Positions 1-11,273 of a stretch of 64,000 nucleotides of DNA are shown here, piece by piece. The stretch covers positions 651,328 to 715,327 of the forward strand of contig JAYQJW010000002.1 of NCBI GenBank assembly GCA_038142325.1. Reading direction: 5' to 3'. This DNA is from Gammaproteobacteria bacterium (lineage in GTDB: Bacteria; Pseudomonadota; Gammaproteobacteria; GCA-002705445; GCA-002716945). Under the pieces are notes generated by a model. That model was given only the letters and a program-made list of their open reading frames with translations. It was not told the DNA's origin and ran no database searches. The stretch's first letter is position 1; each line of letters begins with the position of its first letter. The position numbers and the translations under genes were made by a program.

Positions 1-436
1 ATAACTTTCACTTCTACAGGGTTGGTACTTTTATGCTCATAAAGATATAAATTCAGTATATATTCGCCAGGAATGATTCCTCTTAAGTAACGACTTCTCT
101 ATTAATTGGATAAATAATTTCCTCACCATCAATTGTGACAACATCATTAATTATACCCTGATCGTCTCTATCTAAATGTAACCATCCAGCATCTTTTTTT
201 AAGTATGAAACTGTTTCACCATTAGGATCCTGAACCCAAATATCAACATCATCGGGTAGACTATCTTTCCAGTCAACCGTCACAATATATTCAGCTTTCA
301 TATTAACATTGCCTATTTTCGAGATAGGATTGATAAAAAGAATTGTTATAAAAAATAAAAAAGTAAAACCAAGCAGAGTATTAAAAAGTAAATCAGTGAA
401 AGGTTCTGTTTTAGTTCTAGTTTTTCTTCTCATCAT
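1..436 (-). CDS. Hypothetical membrane-anchored protein, partner of the MotA/TolQ/ExbB-like gene; runs off the window
   Basis: ORF 83..436 has an N-terminal TM helix (FTDLLFNTLLGFTFLFFITILFINP). A 1-nt indel near 83 continues it as RGIIPGEYILNLYLYEHK to the window edge. Confidence 0.6.
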
Positions 437-1049
437 GGCACGAATTTATTATTTCGCTAATGAAAGCATTAATTTTATTTTCAAAATAGTTATTTTGAAT
501 GGTCAAAAGGATTGATCCTATTAAACCTGATAACGTTGTATATAAGGCTACTTTCATGCCGCCACTCATGCTCAATAAAAGATTATTCATTTTTGACAAA
601 TTAATCTCATCTATAGTTGATAGTGAACTTAGCATTAATATGAATCCAATCACTGTACCTACAATACCTAGCTTTAATAAGAGATCAGAAATAAAAAAAC
701 CATCGTCTACTATTTCATAAAATTTAGATTTAAGTTCATCTTGTTTTGTAATATCTTTACCTGAACTTTGAAGAAAATTATTGGTAATATCAAAAAAGAT
801 ATTATTTTGTATTTTTGTATTAGGATGGATAAGTTTTCTAAATGCATCTCTAAGTATATATAGAAGTAAACCTCAACGCGCTAGATAAAATATAAAAATG
901 ATAAGTATATGTGTGGAAATATAACTTATGTCATCACGAAATATACCTGAGATTAATTCATATGATTCAAGTACATAAGCAAAAATAATAATTATAGAAA
1001 CGAAGTAAATCCAGTAGATAAAAATATTATCTATTTTCTGATCATTCAT
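417..1049 (-). CDS. MotA/TolQ/ExbB proton-channel family protein with one in-frame TGA at 873-875
   Basis: ATG at 1049 is in frame with ORF 417..653. Motifs LLLKLGIVGTVIGFILML and GMKVALYTTLSGLIGSILL are typical MotA/TolQ/ExbB TM helices. Confidence 0.7.
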
Positions 1050-2430
1050 TTAAATTAATTTTTTAGGATCTAGAATTTTTAATAGATCACCCTTTGTTAA
1101 ATTAGTCATTTTTTCAGCTATGTCAAAAATAGAACTATTAGTTTTATAAGCCTCTTTAACAATTTTAGATGCTAGATCATACCCAATAACCTGATTAAGT
1201 TTTGTAGCTATGATCGGATTTTTAAACAGATTCTCTTTAACAATATCCTCATTAACAACAAATGAATCTATTAGTTCAATCATACTAAAAGTACTATTGA
1301 TCATAAGATAGAGGGATTCGATGATATTATGAGCAATCACCGGGAGCATAGTATTTAACTGAAAATTACCACTGCTTGTTGCTTGCATTATTGTTACATG
1401 GTTTCCATTTACCTGAGTAGATGCCATCATGACTGATTCAGAGATAACAGGGTTTATCTTACCAGGCATAATGCTACTGCCTGGTTGAAGTGCTTTTAAA
1501 GTTATTTCTGACAAACCGGATATAGGACCACTATTCATCCATCGTATATCATTAGCAATTTTAGATAAAGTAGATGCGTATCTTGTAATAGCAGAACTCA
1601 AAGTAAAATATATGATTTTGTGAACTCATCATTTCGCCTTTAATATGTAATGGTTTGAATTTGAGTTTAAGTTCACTGTAGATTTTATTTAACTCAGAAC
1701 AGACATTCTTGCTAAATTGTTTTGGTGCATTTATTCCTGTTCCAATTGCAGTTCCACCTATCGGAAGATAAGAGATTTCCTCACAAGATAAATCAATTTG
1801 TGACTGTGCTGCTCTTACCTGCTCTTCCCACACATTCAATTCTTGCTCAAAAGATATAGGTACAGCATCCATTAAATGCGTTCTTCCAGATTTAATAATG
1901 TTAGAGAGAGATTTTGATTTTTTATGTAATGAGTCACAAAGAAAATTCATAGATAAAGATAAGCTGTTGCTCATTGTCAAACTAGATATATTAATTGTTG
2001 TTGGAATTACATCATTAGAGCTTTGAGACATATTTACATCGTCATTTGGATGAATTTCCTTTTTATATTTTCTTTTAGCAAGATTTGATACAACCTCATT
2101 CATATTCATATTAGTACTAGTTCCTGACCCAGTTTGGAATATATCAACAGGAAAATGATCCATATAATCCAGAGTATTTTTAGCAATATCTTTTGTAATC
2201 AAGGATATGTTAGATGCTTTATTTTTTGGTATGACACCACATTTTAAATTCGCATTAGCACATGCGCTCTTAAGGTTAGCAAGACTTTGTATGAATGCAG
2301 GATCAAATGAGATACCGCTGATTTTAAAATTGTCTATTGCTCGTTGAGTTTGCGCGCCATATAAAGCATCTTTTGGCACCTTAACTTTACCTAGAGAGTC
2401 TGATTCGATTCTATAATTATTTTTTTTCAT
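1050..2430 (-). CDS. fumC: Class II fumarate hydratase (indel near 1600)
   Basis: YGAQTQRA, QTGSGTSTNMN, GRTHLMDA and the GSSIMPGKINP signature across two ORFs. Confidence 0.95.
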
Positions 2431-2493
2431 AGACTTGGTAAATATTATTAAGTGTAATGATATGTTATAATAACATTTAAAAACCTGTTTAGT

Positions 2494-3855
2494 ATGAAAA
2501 ATTATAATCTTGATATTAGCGCACCCACCGATGGTAGATACGCCAGTCTTTGTGAAGAAATTAATGCTATATTTTCAGAGCATAATTTAATAAAAATGCG
2601 TGTCAAAGTTGAGGTAGAGTGGTTCATATTTATATCAAGCCAAAAGAGCATAAAGTCTTTACCTGCATTGTCATCAAGTAACCAAAAAAAATTAAGAGAC
2701 ATCTACTTGAGTTTTAATAAAAAAGACTCTCAAAAAGTAAAAAAAATTGAAGAAACTACTAAACATGATGTTAAAGCAGTGGAATATTTTTTAAAAGATA
2801 AAATAAAATCTAATAAATTACTAAATAAATATAGAGAGCATATACATATCTGCTGTACATCTGAAGACATAAATAACATCGCTTATGCTTTCATGATTCA
2901 AGAAGGAAGGAATATTATCATAAAAAAAATTGATGAACTCCAAAAAATTCTAAAAAATATGGGTAAAAAATATAAGAATATATCAATGTTATCTCATACT
3001 CATGGACAACCAGCATCTCCAACAACAATGGGAAAAGAATTTATTAATTATCAAAAAAGAATTATAAATCAACTGGATGATCTCAAAAAAATTAAGATTA
3101 GAGGAAAGTTTAATGGAGCCACTGGAAATTATTCCTCTCACCATATTACCTATTCAAATATTAATTGGCCTATAACTATAAAAAAGTTCATTAAGAGCTT
3201 GAAGCTAGATTTTAATAGTCATACAACACAAATTGAACCACATGACTATATTGCAGATATTTGTTATAAGCAAAGTCATATTAACTCTATCTTAATTGAT
3301 TTTGCTCAAGATATATGGTCTTACATTTCTAAAAATTATTTTAATCAAAAAAATATTGCTGGAGAAATTGGATCTTCTACTATGCCTCATAAAATCAATC
3401 CTATTAATTTTGAAAATGCGGAAGGTAATCTAGGTGTGAGTAATGCGCTCTCACAATTTTTTGCGAGTAAATTAACAGTATCAAGATTACAACGTGATTT
3501 ATCAGATTCAACTGTACTTAGAAATATCGGACTGATGTTTTCTTATTCTATGATTGCATATAAGAACATACTTATTGGTCTTAATAAACTAGAAATAAAT
3601 AAATCTAAAATTAATAATGATATAGACAATAGCTGGGAGATTTTAGCAGAGCCTATACAGATGGTCGCTAGAAAGTACCAGATATCAAATTCTTATGAAT
3701 ATTTAAAAAAGTTCACACGCGGTAAGACTGTCAATAAAGAGATAATTTCCAAGATTATAAATAATTTAGACATCCCGCTTTTTGAGAAAAAAAACCTTCT
3801 CGCATTGACGCCAAGAAAATATATTGGTTTTGCTAGCAAGCTTTGTGATCAATAA
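2494..3855 (+). CDS. purB: Adenylosuccinate lyase
   Basis: HDVKAVEY, TSEDINN, GSSTMPHKINPINFENAEGN, SRLQRDLSDS. Confidence 0.97.
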   Translation: MKNYNLDISAPTDGRYASLCEEINAIFSEHNLIKMRVKVEVEWFIFISSQKSIKSLPALSSSNQKKLRDIYLSFNKKDSQKVKKIEETTKHDVKAVEYFLKDKIKSNKLLNKYREHIHICCTSEDINNIAYAFMIQEGRNIIIKKIDELQKILKNMGKKYKNISMLSHTHGQPASPTTMGKEFINYQKRIINQLDDLKKIKIRGKFNGATGNYSSHHITYSNINWPITIKKFIKSLKLDFNSHTTQIEPHDYIADICYKQSHINSILIDFAQDIWSYISKNYFNQKNIAGEIGSSTMPHKINPINFENAEGNLGVSNALSQFFASKLTVSRLQRDLSDSTVLRNIGLMFSYSMIAYKNILIGLNKLEINKSKINNDIDNSWEILAEPIQMVARKYQISNSYEYLKKFTRGKTVNKEIISKIINNLDIPLFEKKNLLALTPRKYIGFASKLCDQ

Positions 3856-4075
3856 AAATCTTAATTTTATAAACCTCTTGGAAAACTTTCTAGATGAGAG
3901 AAATTATGAGTATCAATCATATAATGACATAATTGAAATTTATGATAATGAACATGAAGTTTTAATTATAGAATTTAAAGAAATTAAAATTTTAATGCAT
4001 CATCAAAATGAAAAGCATGAATATTATGCTATTGACAACAAAATATTTAAAAAAATAGACAATATTTTGAATTAA
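3845..4075 (+). CDS. Small hypothetical protein
   Basis: GTG start overlaps the purB end; fills the whole gap up to lysS; no recognisable motif. Confidence 0.5.
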   Translation: MINKNLNFINLLENFLDERNYEYQSYNDIIEIYDNEHEVLIIEFKEIKILMHHQNEKHEYYAIDNKIFKKIDNILN

Positions 4076-5541
4076 TTTTTTGGTTTCATCAGTGGGAAAA
4101 ATAGTACATCTCTGATTGATGATGAATTCGTAAAGAGCATAACTAAACGATCAATGCCTATTCCAGCACCTGCAGTAGGCGGCATACCATATTCCATCGC
4201 TGTAATAAAATCTTCATCATAATTCATTTTTTCATCATCATTTTCTAATTGCTCATGAAATCTTTGTGATTGATCTGCAGGATCATTTAATTCTGAGAAA
4301 CCATTAGCAATTTCTCTTCCAGCTATAAATAATTCAAACCTTTCAACAACTTCTGGATCATTATCCATTCTTCTTGAAAGTGGTGATACTGCCGTTGGAT
4401 ACTCTGTAACAAAAGTTGGTTGTATTAACTCAGATTCAACATTCTTTTCAAAAATATCAAGCTGAGTTTTATATAGGGATCCTTCGACACTTATATCAAT
4501 ATCATTAGACTTACAGTAATTTTCTAAAAAATCATAATTATTGATATTCTCTTTATTAATATTGTCACAATATTTAATTATTGAGTCGTAAAAACTTATT
4601 CTGCTGAAACCGCTCACAAAATCAATTTCATGATCTTGATAAATGAATTTTTCATTAGAACCAAGAGACTGAAATAACGATTTAAATAAACTCTCAATTA
4701 AATTCATCAAATATTGATAGTCCTCATAAGCAGCATAGAATTCAATCATTGTAAATTCAGGATTATGTTTGACTGATAAACCTTCATTTCTAAAACTTCT
4801 ATTAATCTCAAATACTTTATCAAAGCCTCCAATAATTAATCTCTTTAGATATAACTCAGGAGCAATTCTTAAATACAATTGCATATCAAGAGAATTATGA
4901 TGAGTTACAAAAGGTTTTGCTGCAGCGCCGCCTGCTATTGGATGCATCATGGGTGTCTCAACCTCTAAATAATTAGATTTTTCGAAAAACTTTCGTATTA
5001 GTGAAACTAGATTTATTCTTGTCTTAAAAATATTTTTAGATTCTTCAGATATCATTAAATCCAGATATCTTTGACGATATTTAATTTCTACGTCTGATAA
5101 CCCATGATACTTTTCTGGCAGAGGTCTTAGTGATTTAGATAATATAACAAACTCTGTTACATTTAGTGTTAGTTCACCTGTTTTTGTTTTAAAAATCGTA
5201 CCTTTAGCTCCAATAATATCTCCTAGATCAATAAAATCCAGATTATTATACATCTCCTTTCCAATTGTGTTTTTCGATACAAAAAGTTGAATTTTACATG
5301 AATAATCATGTAGATTCGCAAAAGTAGAGTTGCCCATTTTTCTAATTGTTAACAATCGACCAGCAAGAGAGAAAATCTCTTTCTCGTTTTCTAAATCTTC
5401 CTTAGTACGTTGTCCATATTTTGATATTAACTCTTCAGCGTATGTGTCACGATGAAAATCATTTGGATATAGCTTAGCTTTTTTGGATAGCTCATCTAAT
5501 TTTTTCTTTCTTTCGACTATTAATTTATTATCTTCTGTCAT
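4072..5541 (-). CDS. lysS: Lysine--tRNA ligase (class II)
   Basis: YRQRYLDL, LRIAPELYLKRL, FRNEG, YGMPPTAGAGIGIDRL. Confidence 0.98.
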   Translation of the reverse strand: MTEDNKLIVERKKKLDELSKKAKLYPNDFHRDTYAEELISKYGQRTKEDLENEKEIFSLAGRLLTIRKMGNSTFANLHDYSCKIQLFVSKNTIGKEMYNNLDFIDLGDIIGAKGTIFKTKTGELTLNVTEFVILSKSLRPLPEKYHGLSDVEIKYRQRYLDLMISEESKNIFKTRINLVSLIRKFFEKSNYLEVETPMMHPIAGGAAAKPFVTHHNSLDMQLYLRIAPELYLKRLIIGGFDKVFEINRSFRNEGLSVKHNPEFTMIEFYAAYEDYQYLMNLIESLFKSLFQSLGSNEKFIYQDHEIDFVSGFSRISFYDSIIKYCDNINKENINNYDFLENYCKSNDIDISVEGSLYKTQLDIFEKNVESELIQPTFVTEYPTAVSPLSRRMDNDPEVVERFELFIAGREIANGFSELNDPADQSQRFHEQLENDDEKMNYDEDFITAMEYGMPPTAGAGIGIDRLVMLFTNSSSIRDVLFFPLMKPKN

Positions 5542-6662
5542 TTATATTCCTTTTTTTAAACTTTCCTGAATAAATTCATCTAAATTTCCGTCTAAGACTG
5601 CTTGAGTATTTCCAGTCTCATGACCAGTTCTTAAATCTTTGATTCTTGAGTCATCTAATACATAAGATCTTATTTGGTTACCCCAACTGATATCTGATTT
5701 TTCTGATTCAACCTGGTTTTTAATTTCATTTTTTTTATTGAGTTCGTAAGCATACAGTTTAGCACGTAACTGTTTCATAGCAGATTCTTTATTTTTATGT
5801 TGCGATCTATCATTTTGACACTGAACAACGATTTTAGTTGGCATATGTGTAATTCTTACAGCAGATTCAGTTGTGTTGACATGCTGTCCTCCTGCTCCGC
5901 TTGCTCTATAAACATCTATTCTTAGGTCCGATGGATTTATTTCAACTTCAAATGAATCATCAATTTGTGGGTAAATGAATACAGATGCAAATGATGTATG
6001 CCTACGATTACCTGAATCAAAAGGAGATTTCCTCACAAGTCTATGTACACCGGTTTCTGTCCTTAACCAACCATAAGCGTAATTACCGTCCACTTTTATT
6101 GTAATGCTTTTGTAGCCAGCAACTTCACCCTCACTGGCTTCAGTTATTTCTGATTTAAATGAATGTTTTTCTATCCACTTCAAATACATTCTCATAATCA
6201 TTGCTACCCAATCCTGAGCCTCTGTTCCGCCAGATCCAGATTGAATATCTATGTACGCATCAGCATCATCATTTTCTCCCTTGAAGAGTTGTGTAAATGA
6301 AAGATTATTAAGCTCGTCTGATGTTGATTTATACAGCTCTAGCATTTCACTTAATAACTTCTGATTATCATTATTTGGCTCATCTAGTATAGATTCTAGA
6401 GTATAAGACAAGAGATCTATATCGGATTGGATTGTGTCTACACTTTTTTTAAGCGATGTATAATTCTTAAGTTGTTTATTAAGATTTTTAGTTTGTTTTA
6501 TGTCACTCCAAACATTAGGATCATTAAGTTTATTTGTTACGTCATCAATTTTTGAACTAAGGGCTTTATAGTCAAACTAACCCCCTAAGCTCATCAAGTT
6601 TAAGCTTATCTTCTTTAATCTTTCTCAATTATCTCATTAGATTGTTCGATTAAATTTGTCAT
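5542..6662 (-). CDS. prfB: Peptide chain release factor 2 (programmed +1 frameshift, plus an apparent extra A near 6621)
   Basis: SPF and GGQ motifs. ATG at 6662; short ORF0 ends ...CTT AGG GGG TTA GTT TGA C; the +1 frame reads DYKALSSKIDD...NDPNVWSD into the main ORF. Confidence 0.95.
6571..6586 (-). promoter_or_regulatory. prfB +1 frameshift cassette (internal SD AGGGGG, 3-nt spacer, GTT TGA C)
   Basis: Minus strand reads AGG GGG TTA GTT TGA C, the same architecture as canonical AGG GGG TAT CTT TGA C. Confidence 0.85.
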
Positions 6663-7327
6663 ACTGATACATCATTATAGTAATTTAATTTTTCAGTCCA
6701 CATCAATTTATACTTCGATAGTAGCTCTGAGTCAGCCTCAATAATCTCATGATCATATGTGCCCTTGTAAGCAACAAAAATTTTAGCACTTTCTATTTTT
6801 GTATCAAACATCTTATCATGCGCTATTGCATATGCAGCAAGTTGCTGAAAATGTTCATCAATTAAAAATGCACTTTTTTTACGAAATGAAGATTTATAAT
6901 CAATAATTGTTAGCTTGCCGTCGATTTCAGCTAACAAATCTAACCTACCAGCATATTTTAAGCCTTCGTGAATTATTGCTTCAGAAGAAATAAATTTATC
7001 GATAGTTGGGAATATGTTATCTATTATTGTTTTCGAGAGCTTGGCTGCAATTTGTGAATTTCTATTTTCATTTACATTAATAGATTTATTAGTTACATAC
7101 CTATCTAGAATTTCGTGCATAAGATTTCCAATTTCGAACGAATCTGCTTGCGAATTTGAAAACACATCGTTTTGATTTAGCCGTGATAATCTTATGATTG
7201 ATGTAACGCTGGGAACTAGTTTTTCTTTGATTTTATAGTAACGAAAATTATTCTGCTTAATTACATCATATTCATTATATTCAAATGAAGGTGAATATAA
7301 ATAACTATTATTTTTCAAGAACATCAA
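6659..7327 (-). CDS. PD-(D/E)XK family exonuclease (MGME1/phage-exonuclease-like)
   Basis: PSVTSII, GNLMHEILD, YAGRLDL, IIDYKSS and QLAAYAIA motifs; no cysteines. Confidence 0.8.
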   Translation of the reverse strand: MMFLKNNSYLYSPSFEYNEYDVIKQNNFRYYKIKEKLVPSVTSIIRLSRLNQNDVFSNSQADSFEIGNLMHEILDRYVTNKSINVNENRNSQIAAKLSKTIIDNIFPTIDKFISSEAIIHEGLKYAGRLDLLAEIDGKLTIIDYKSSFRKKSAFLIDEHFQQLAAYAIAHDKMFDTKIESAKIFVAYKGTYDHEIIEADSELLSKYKLMWTEKLNYYNDVSV

Positions 7328-7658
7328 TAATTTTTTGTATATCTTTTTTGATTAAAGATAATACTGGATTCTGTTTAGATGAATTACTAGATATATTATC
7401 TAATTTTTGCTTTGCACCCTCAACTGTGAACCCTTGTGTAGAAATCAAATTATGAATTTTTAAGATTGTAAGAATATCATTCTGCGTATAATATCTTCTG
7501 TTGCCTGTTCTTTTTAAAGGAGTCAGCGTATCAAATTCTTTTTCCCAATATCTTAATATATGTGTTTTTATATTAGTGATTTTAGATACTTCCCCAATTG
7601 AAAAATATCTTTTGTTAGGTATCTCTATCGAATTAATCTGATCCATCATAAGCTTCAA
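7308..7658 (-). CDS. MerR-family regulator (ihfA-linked type)
   Basis: [36 protein letters not shown]; usual position downstream of ihfA. Confidence 0.92.
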   Translation of the reverse strand: MKLMMDQINSIEIPNKRYFSIGEVSKITNIKTHILRYWEKEFDTLTPLKRTGNRRYYTQNDILTILKIHNLISTQGFTVEGAKQKLDNISSNSSKQNPVLSLIKKDIQKIIDVLEK

Positions 7659-7929
7659 GTTTAGATTTCAATTTTAGTCCAGATTTGAAAGTGACAACTC
7701 TTCTTGACGATATCGTTACCTCCTCACCAGTTTTAGGATTTCTTCCTGGTCTAGGAGATTTATCTCTTAAAATAAAATTACCAAAACCGGATAACTTTAT
7801 ATCATTTCCCTCTTCGAGAGATTTTTTTATTTGCTCAAAAAAACACTCAATCAGTTCCTTTGCTTCTCTTTTATTGAGGCCAACTTCATTGTGAACCATT
7901 TCTACAAGAGAGTCTTTGGTAATTGTCAT
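7633..7929 (-). CDS. ihfA: Integration host factor alpha
   Basis: [18 protein letters not shown]; follows pheT. Confidence 0.97.
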   Translation of the reverse strand: MTITKDSLVEMVHNEVGLNKREAKELIECFFEQIKKSLEEGNDIKLSGFGNFILRDKSPRPGRNPKTGEEVTISSRRVVTFKSGLKLKSKLEAYDGSD

Positions 7930-9908
7930 TGTGCTTCTTGAATATTCAACTTATATGTTTTTTTGATATCTTCGGTTATATTGTTAATCGCTTTATTAAT
8001 ATCCTCGTCACTTAATGTTTTATCAACTGATTGAAGACAAAGCTCTAAAGTAATATATCTATTTAATTGTAGTTTATCTTTATCTATAAATATATCTTTA
8101 ATTCTTATATTTTTCATATATTTATAGCTTTTATTTTTTATATTTCTAGTCATATATGCAATATCTTCATCTAAATTACATTCTAGTGTTATATCTTTAT
8201 ATACGGCAGGATATTGAGATATTTTAGAGTAAGACATCTTGTGTAATGAGGGTAATAAGCTTTTGTTGACTTCAAAAGCAAATACACTGTTCTTTATATC
8301 AAAATCATGTCTACATTCTTGTTTCACCAGACCACATTCTCCAACTTTTTTGTCATTCAATATGATAGCCAAACAGTTTTTGTTATCAAAATAGAGTGAA
8401 TCTTTACACACAATAAAATCAGATCCCGGGATTAGAGACAGTATATCTGACTTAAGATCTCCCAAACTCACTTCACTTTGATTACTTGCAAGATCAATAG
8501 GAGATGTTAATCCATATAGAACACCAGATAATAGATTTGTCTCTTTGATTTTATTTTTATCCTTTATGTAGATTTTCCCTGACTCAAAAAACCTCATACT
8601 TTTGTGTTTTCGATTATAGTTATAGCTAATATTCTTCAATAGACCTGGAAGAAGAGAATCGCGCATTACAGATTTATCACTTGAGATTGGGTTACGAAGT
8701 ATCATATTGTTTTTTTCATCAGTATAACTCTTGGGGACAAAGCTATAGTTAATGACTTCTTTGTATCCAAGTATAACTAAAATGTCATTATAATTTTTTT
8801 GCTCAACATTAGATGATGATGTTGCCTCAATGGGTAATTCAGGAATATTATCATATCCAATAAGTCTACATACCTCTTCAACTAGGTCATAATTTGAGGA
8901 AACATCAAATCGATAGCTTGGAACATAAACCATATCTGATTTAAATATAAATCCTAGGTTATTTAATATAGATTTAATTTTTTTTTTTTTTTAGTTCAAT
9001 ACCTAAAATTCTATTGAATAAACTATAGTCGCACTTAAAGGACTTAGATTTTGTCAGCGGACTTTTGTGACTTATTTTATTAATTTTGCAATGATCTGTT
9101 GATATTTCTTTACTTAAAAGAAAATGAATTCTTGATAGAGCTATTTCAGGTAAATTATAATCCACCCCCCTTTCAAATCGATATGATGAATCTGTTTGAA
9201 TTCTATACTTTCTTGAAAGAGACCTAACAACATCAGGAATAAAAAATGCGCTTTCAAAAAGAATGTTTTTAGTATCTTTATTAACAGATGATAATTTACT
9301 TCCTATTACTCCTGGTAGCGCATGAACGATATCCATTTCATCAATTATCACGGGTGTTCCCTTTTTTATTTCGTATTCTTTATTGTTTATACCGATAAAT
9401 TTATATTTTTTTTTGCTAACTACAACATTTAATTTTCCATTTATCTTATCTAAGTCAAAAGCATGAGTTGGCTGCCCCAGTTCAATCATTACATAATTTG
9501 AAATATCAACTATAAGGTTGATAGGTGAAATATCACATTTAATGAGTCGATCTTTAATAAACTTTGGCGTTTTAGTTTGAGCGCTCAGATTATCTAACAA
9601 CATATATCTATATTCCAAACAGATTTCTGAAGAAACTTTGTTAACGTAAATATTATCTTTTTTAAATGTGTGTTTGCTAAGAGAGGTAAATTGACTTTTT
9701 TATTTTTAAATGCAGCTATATCTCTAGATGTTCCATAAATTGATAAACAGTCACCCCTATTAGGTGTGAATTCGATATCAATAATATAATCTTTACCAAC
9801 TTTTTTTACGTCATCTACTTCAAGACCTAGCTGTGTAAGTAGATTTTCAATGTTCTCTTTTTTATGGATAGAAACATAATCGTTAATCCAATTCTTGCTA
9901 AACTTCAT
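7926..9908 (-). CDS. pheT: Phenylalanine--tRNA ligase beta subunit, shortened (two indels)
   Basis: [38 protein letters not shown]...DLVEEV across three ORFs. Confidence 0.93.
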
Positions 9909-10894
9909 GTCTCTCTCAGATTCTCAAATTGTTCTAGGAAATTAATATCATTATCAAAAAATACACGTAAATCTGGAATTTTATAAGCTAGCATTGCAAA
10001 TCTCTCGATACCTAGCCCAAAAGCAAAACCAGAGAAATGATTTGGGTTAATATTCACATTTTTTAAAACATTAGGGTGAATCATTCCACATCCAAGAACC
10101 TCAAGCCATTTACCATTAAACATTATATCCATCTCGGCTGACGGCTCTGTAAATGGAAAATAGGAAGGTCTAAATCTAGTTTTAATATTATTTGAATCAA
10201 AAAACTTATGAATAAAATCATTCAAAACCCACTTTAAATTTCTGAAATTTATTTCTTTATCAACACAGAGACCCTCAATTTGATGAAACATTGGTGAATG
10301 TGTTGGGTCTGAATCACAACGATACACACGGCCAGGGGCTAACACTCTGAGAGGTGCAGTAGATTTTTCCATTGCATGAATTTGAACAGAAGATGTATGT
10401 GTCCTCAAAAGATGATTACTGTCAAAATAAAAAGTATCATGCATGTCTCTAGCAGGGTGATTATCAGCTATATTAAGATACTCAAAGTTATATCGTTCTG
10501 TTTCTATTTCAGGACCATCATGTGTCTCAAAACCTAAACTTGAAAAAATTTTTTCTATTCTTTTAATTACAAGTGAAATTGGATGATGGGCACCGAAATG
10601 ATGGTGCTTGGCAGGGGTATCTAAATCTAATTGACTGATTATTTCATTTTTTGTTTTAAGCTCGCTGACTTTCTCATTAATTATCTCATTAAGTATATTC
10701 TTTGTCTGATTAAGCTCAGCTCCATATTCTTTTCGCTTATCAGGATCAATATCTTTAAGTGACGAAAATAGATTTGTCAGATAACCTTTTTTTCCAATAA
10801 ACTTTGATTTTATTTGTAGTAAGTCATGCTCTTTATTGCATGTTTGTAGCTCTTTTTTTAATAAGGCCGCTAAATCAGTATGATTTATTTTCAC
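9905..10894 (-). CDS. pheS: Phenylalanine--tRNA ligase alpha subunit
   Basis: [42 protein letters not shown]. Confidence 0.98.
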   Translation of the reverse strand: MKINHTDLAALLKKELQTCNKEHDLLQIKSKFIGKKGYLTNLFSSLKDIDPDKRKEYGAELNQTKNILNEIINEKVSELKTKNEIISQLDLDTPAKHHHFGAHHPISLVIKRIEKIFSSLGFETHDGPEIETERYNFEYLNIADNHPARDMHDTFYFDSNHLLRTHTSSVQIHAMEKSTAPLRVLAPGRVYRCDSDPTHSPMFHQIEGLCVDKEINFRNLKWVLNDFIHKFFDSNNIKTRFRPSYFPFTEPSAEMDIMFNGKWLEVLGCGMIHPNVLKNVNINPNHFSGFAFGLGIERFAMLAYKIPDLRVFFDNDINFLEQFENLRET

Positions 10895-10908
10895 GATAAG
10901 AAGGTATT

Positions 10909-11259
10909 TTAGCTGGGCAGAACGCTCTTCACAATATTAGAAAATTTTTCTGGGTTGTTAGCAGCAATGTCTGCAAGAATTTTTCTATCTATCTCAAGAT
11001 CGGATTTATGTAAGTAGTTCATAAATTTGCTGTATGATATATTATTTAGTCTGGCAGCTGCATTAATCTTTGTAATCCAAAGAGATCTGAACTGTCTCTT
11101 TTTTTGTCTTCTGTCACGATAGGCATACTGACCAGCTTTTATTACAGCTTGTTTAGCTACTCTGAACACTCTACTTCTTGCGCCTTTATATCCTTTCGCA
11201 AGTTTGAGTATTTTTTTATGCCTTGCGCCCGCTATAACTCCTCTTTTTACTCTTGCCAT
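10909..11259 (-). CDS. rplT: 50S ribosomal protein L20
   Basis: [25 protein letters not shown]. Confidence 0.98.
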   Translation of the reverse strand: MARVKRGVIAGARHKKILKLAKGYKGARSRVFRVAKQAVIKAGQYAYRDRRQKKRQFRSLWITKINAAARLNNISYSKFMNYLHKSDLEIDRKILADIAANNPEKFSNIVKSVLPS

Positions 11260-11273
11260 ATCAATGTTCCTCC

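Noticed and set aside
873-910. Selenocysteine codon with SECIS
   Set aside because: Only a weak 4-bp AT-rich pairing follows the TGA, with no G-containing apical loop, and the site lies in a membrane segment.
6659-7327. Cas4 / CRISPR adaptation gene
   Set aside because: No cysteines for the 4Fe-4S cluster, no other cas genes and no repeat-spacer array in the window.
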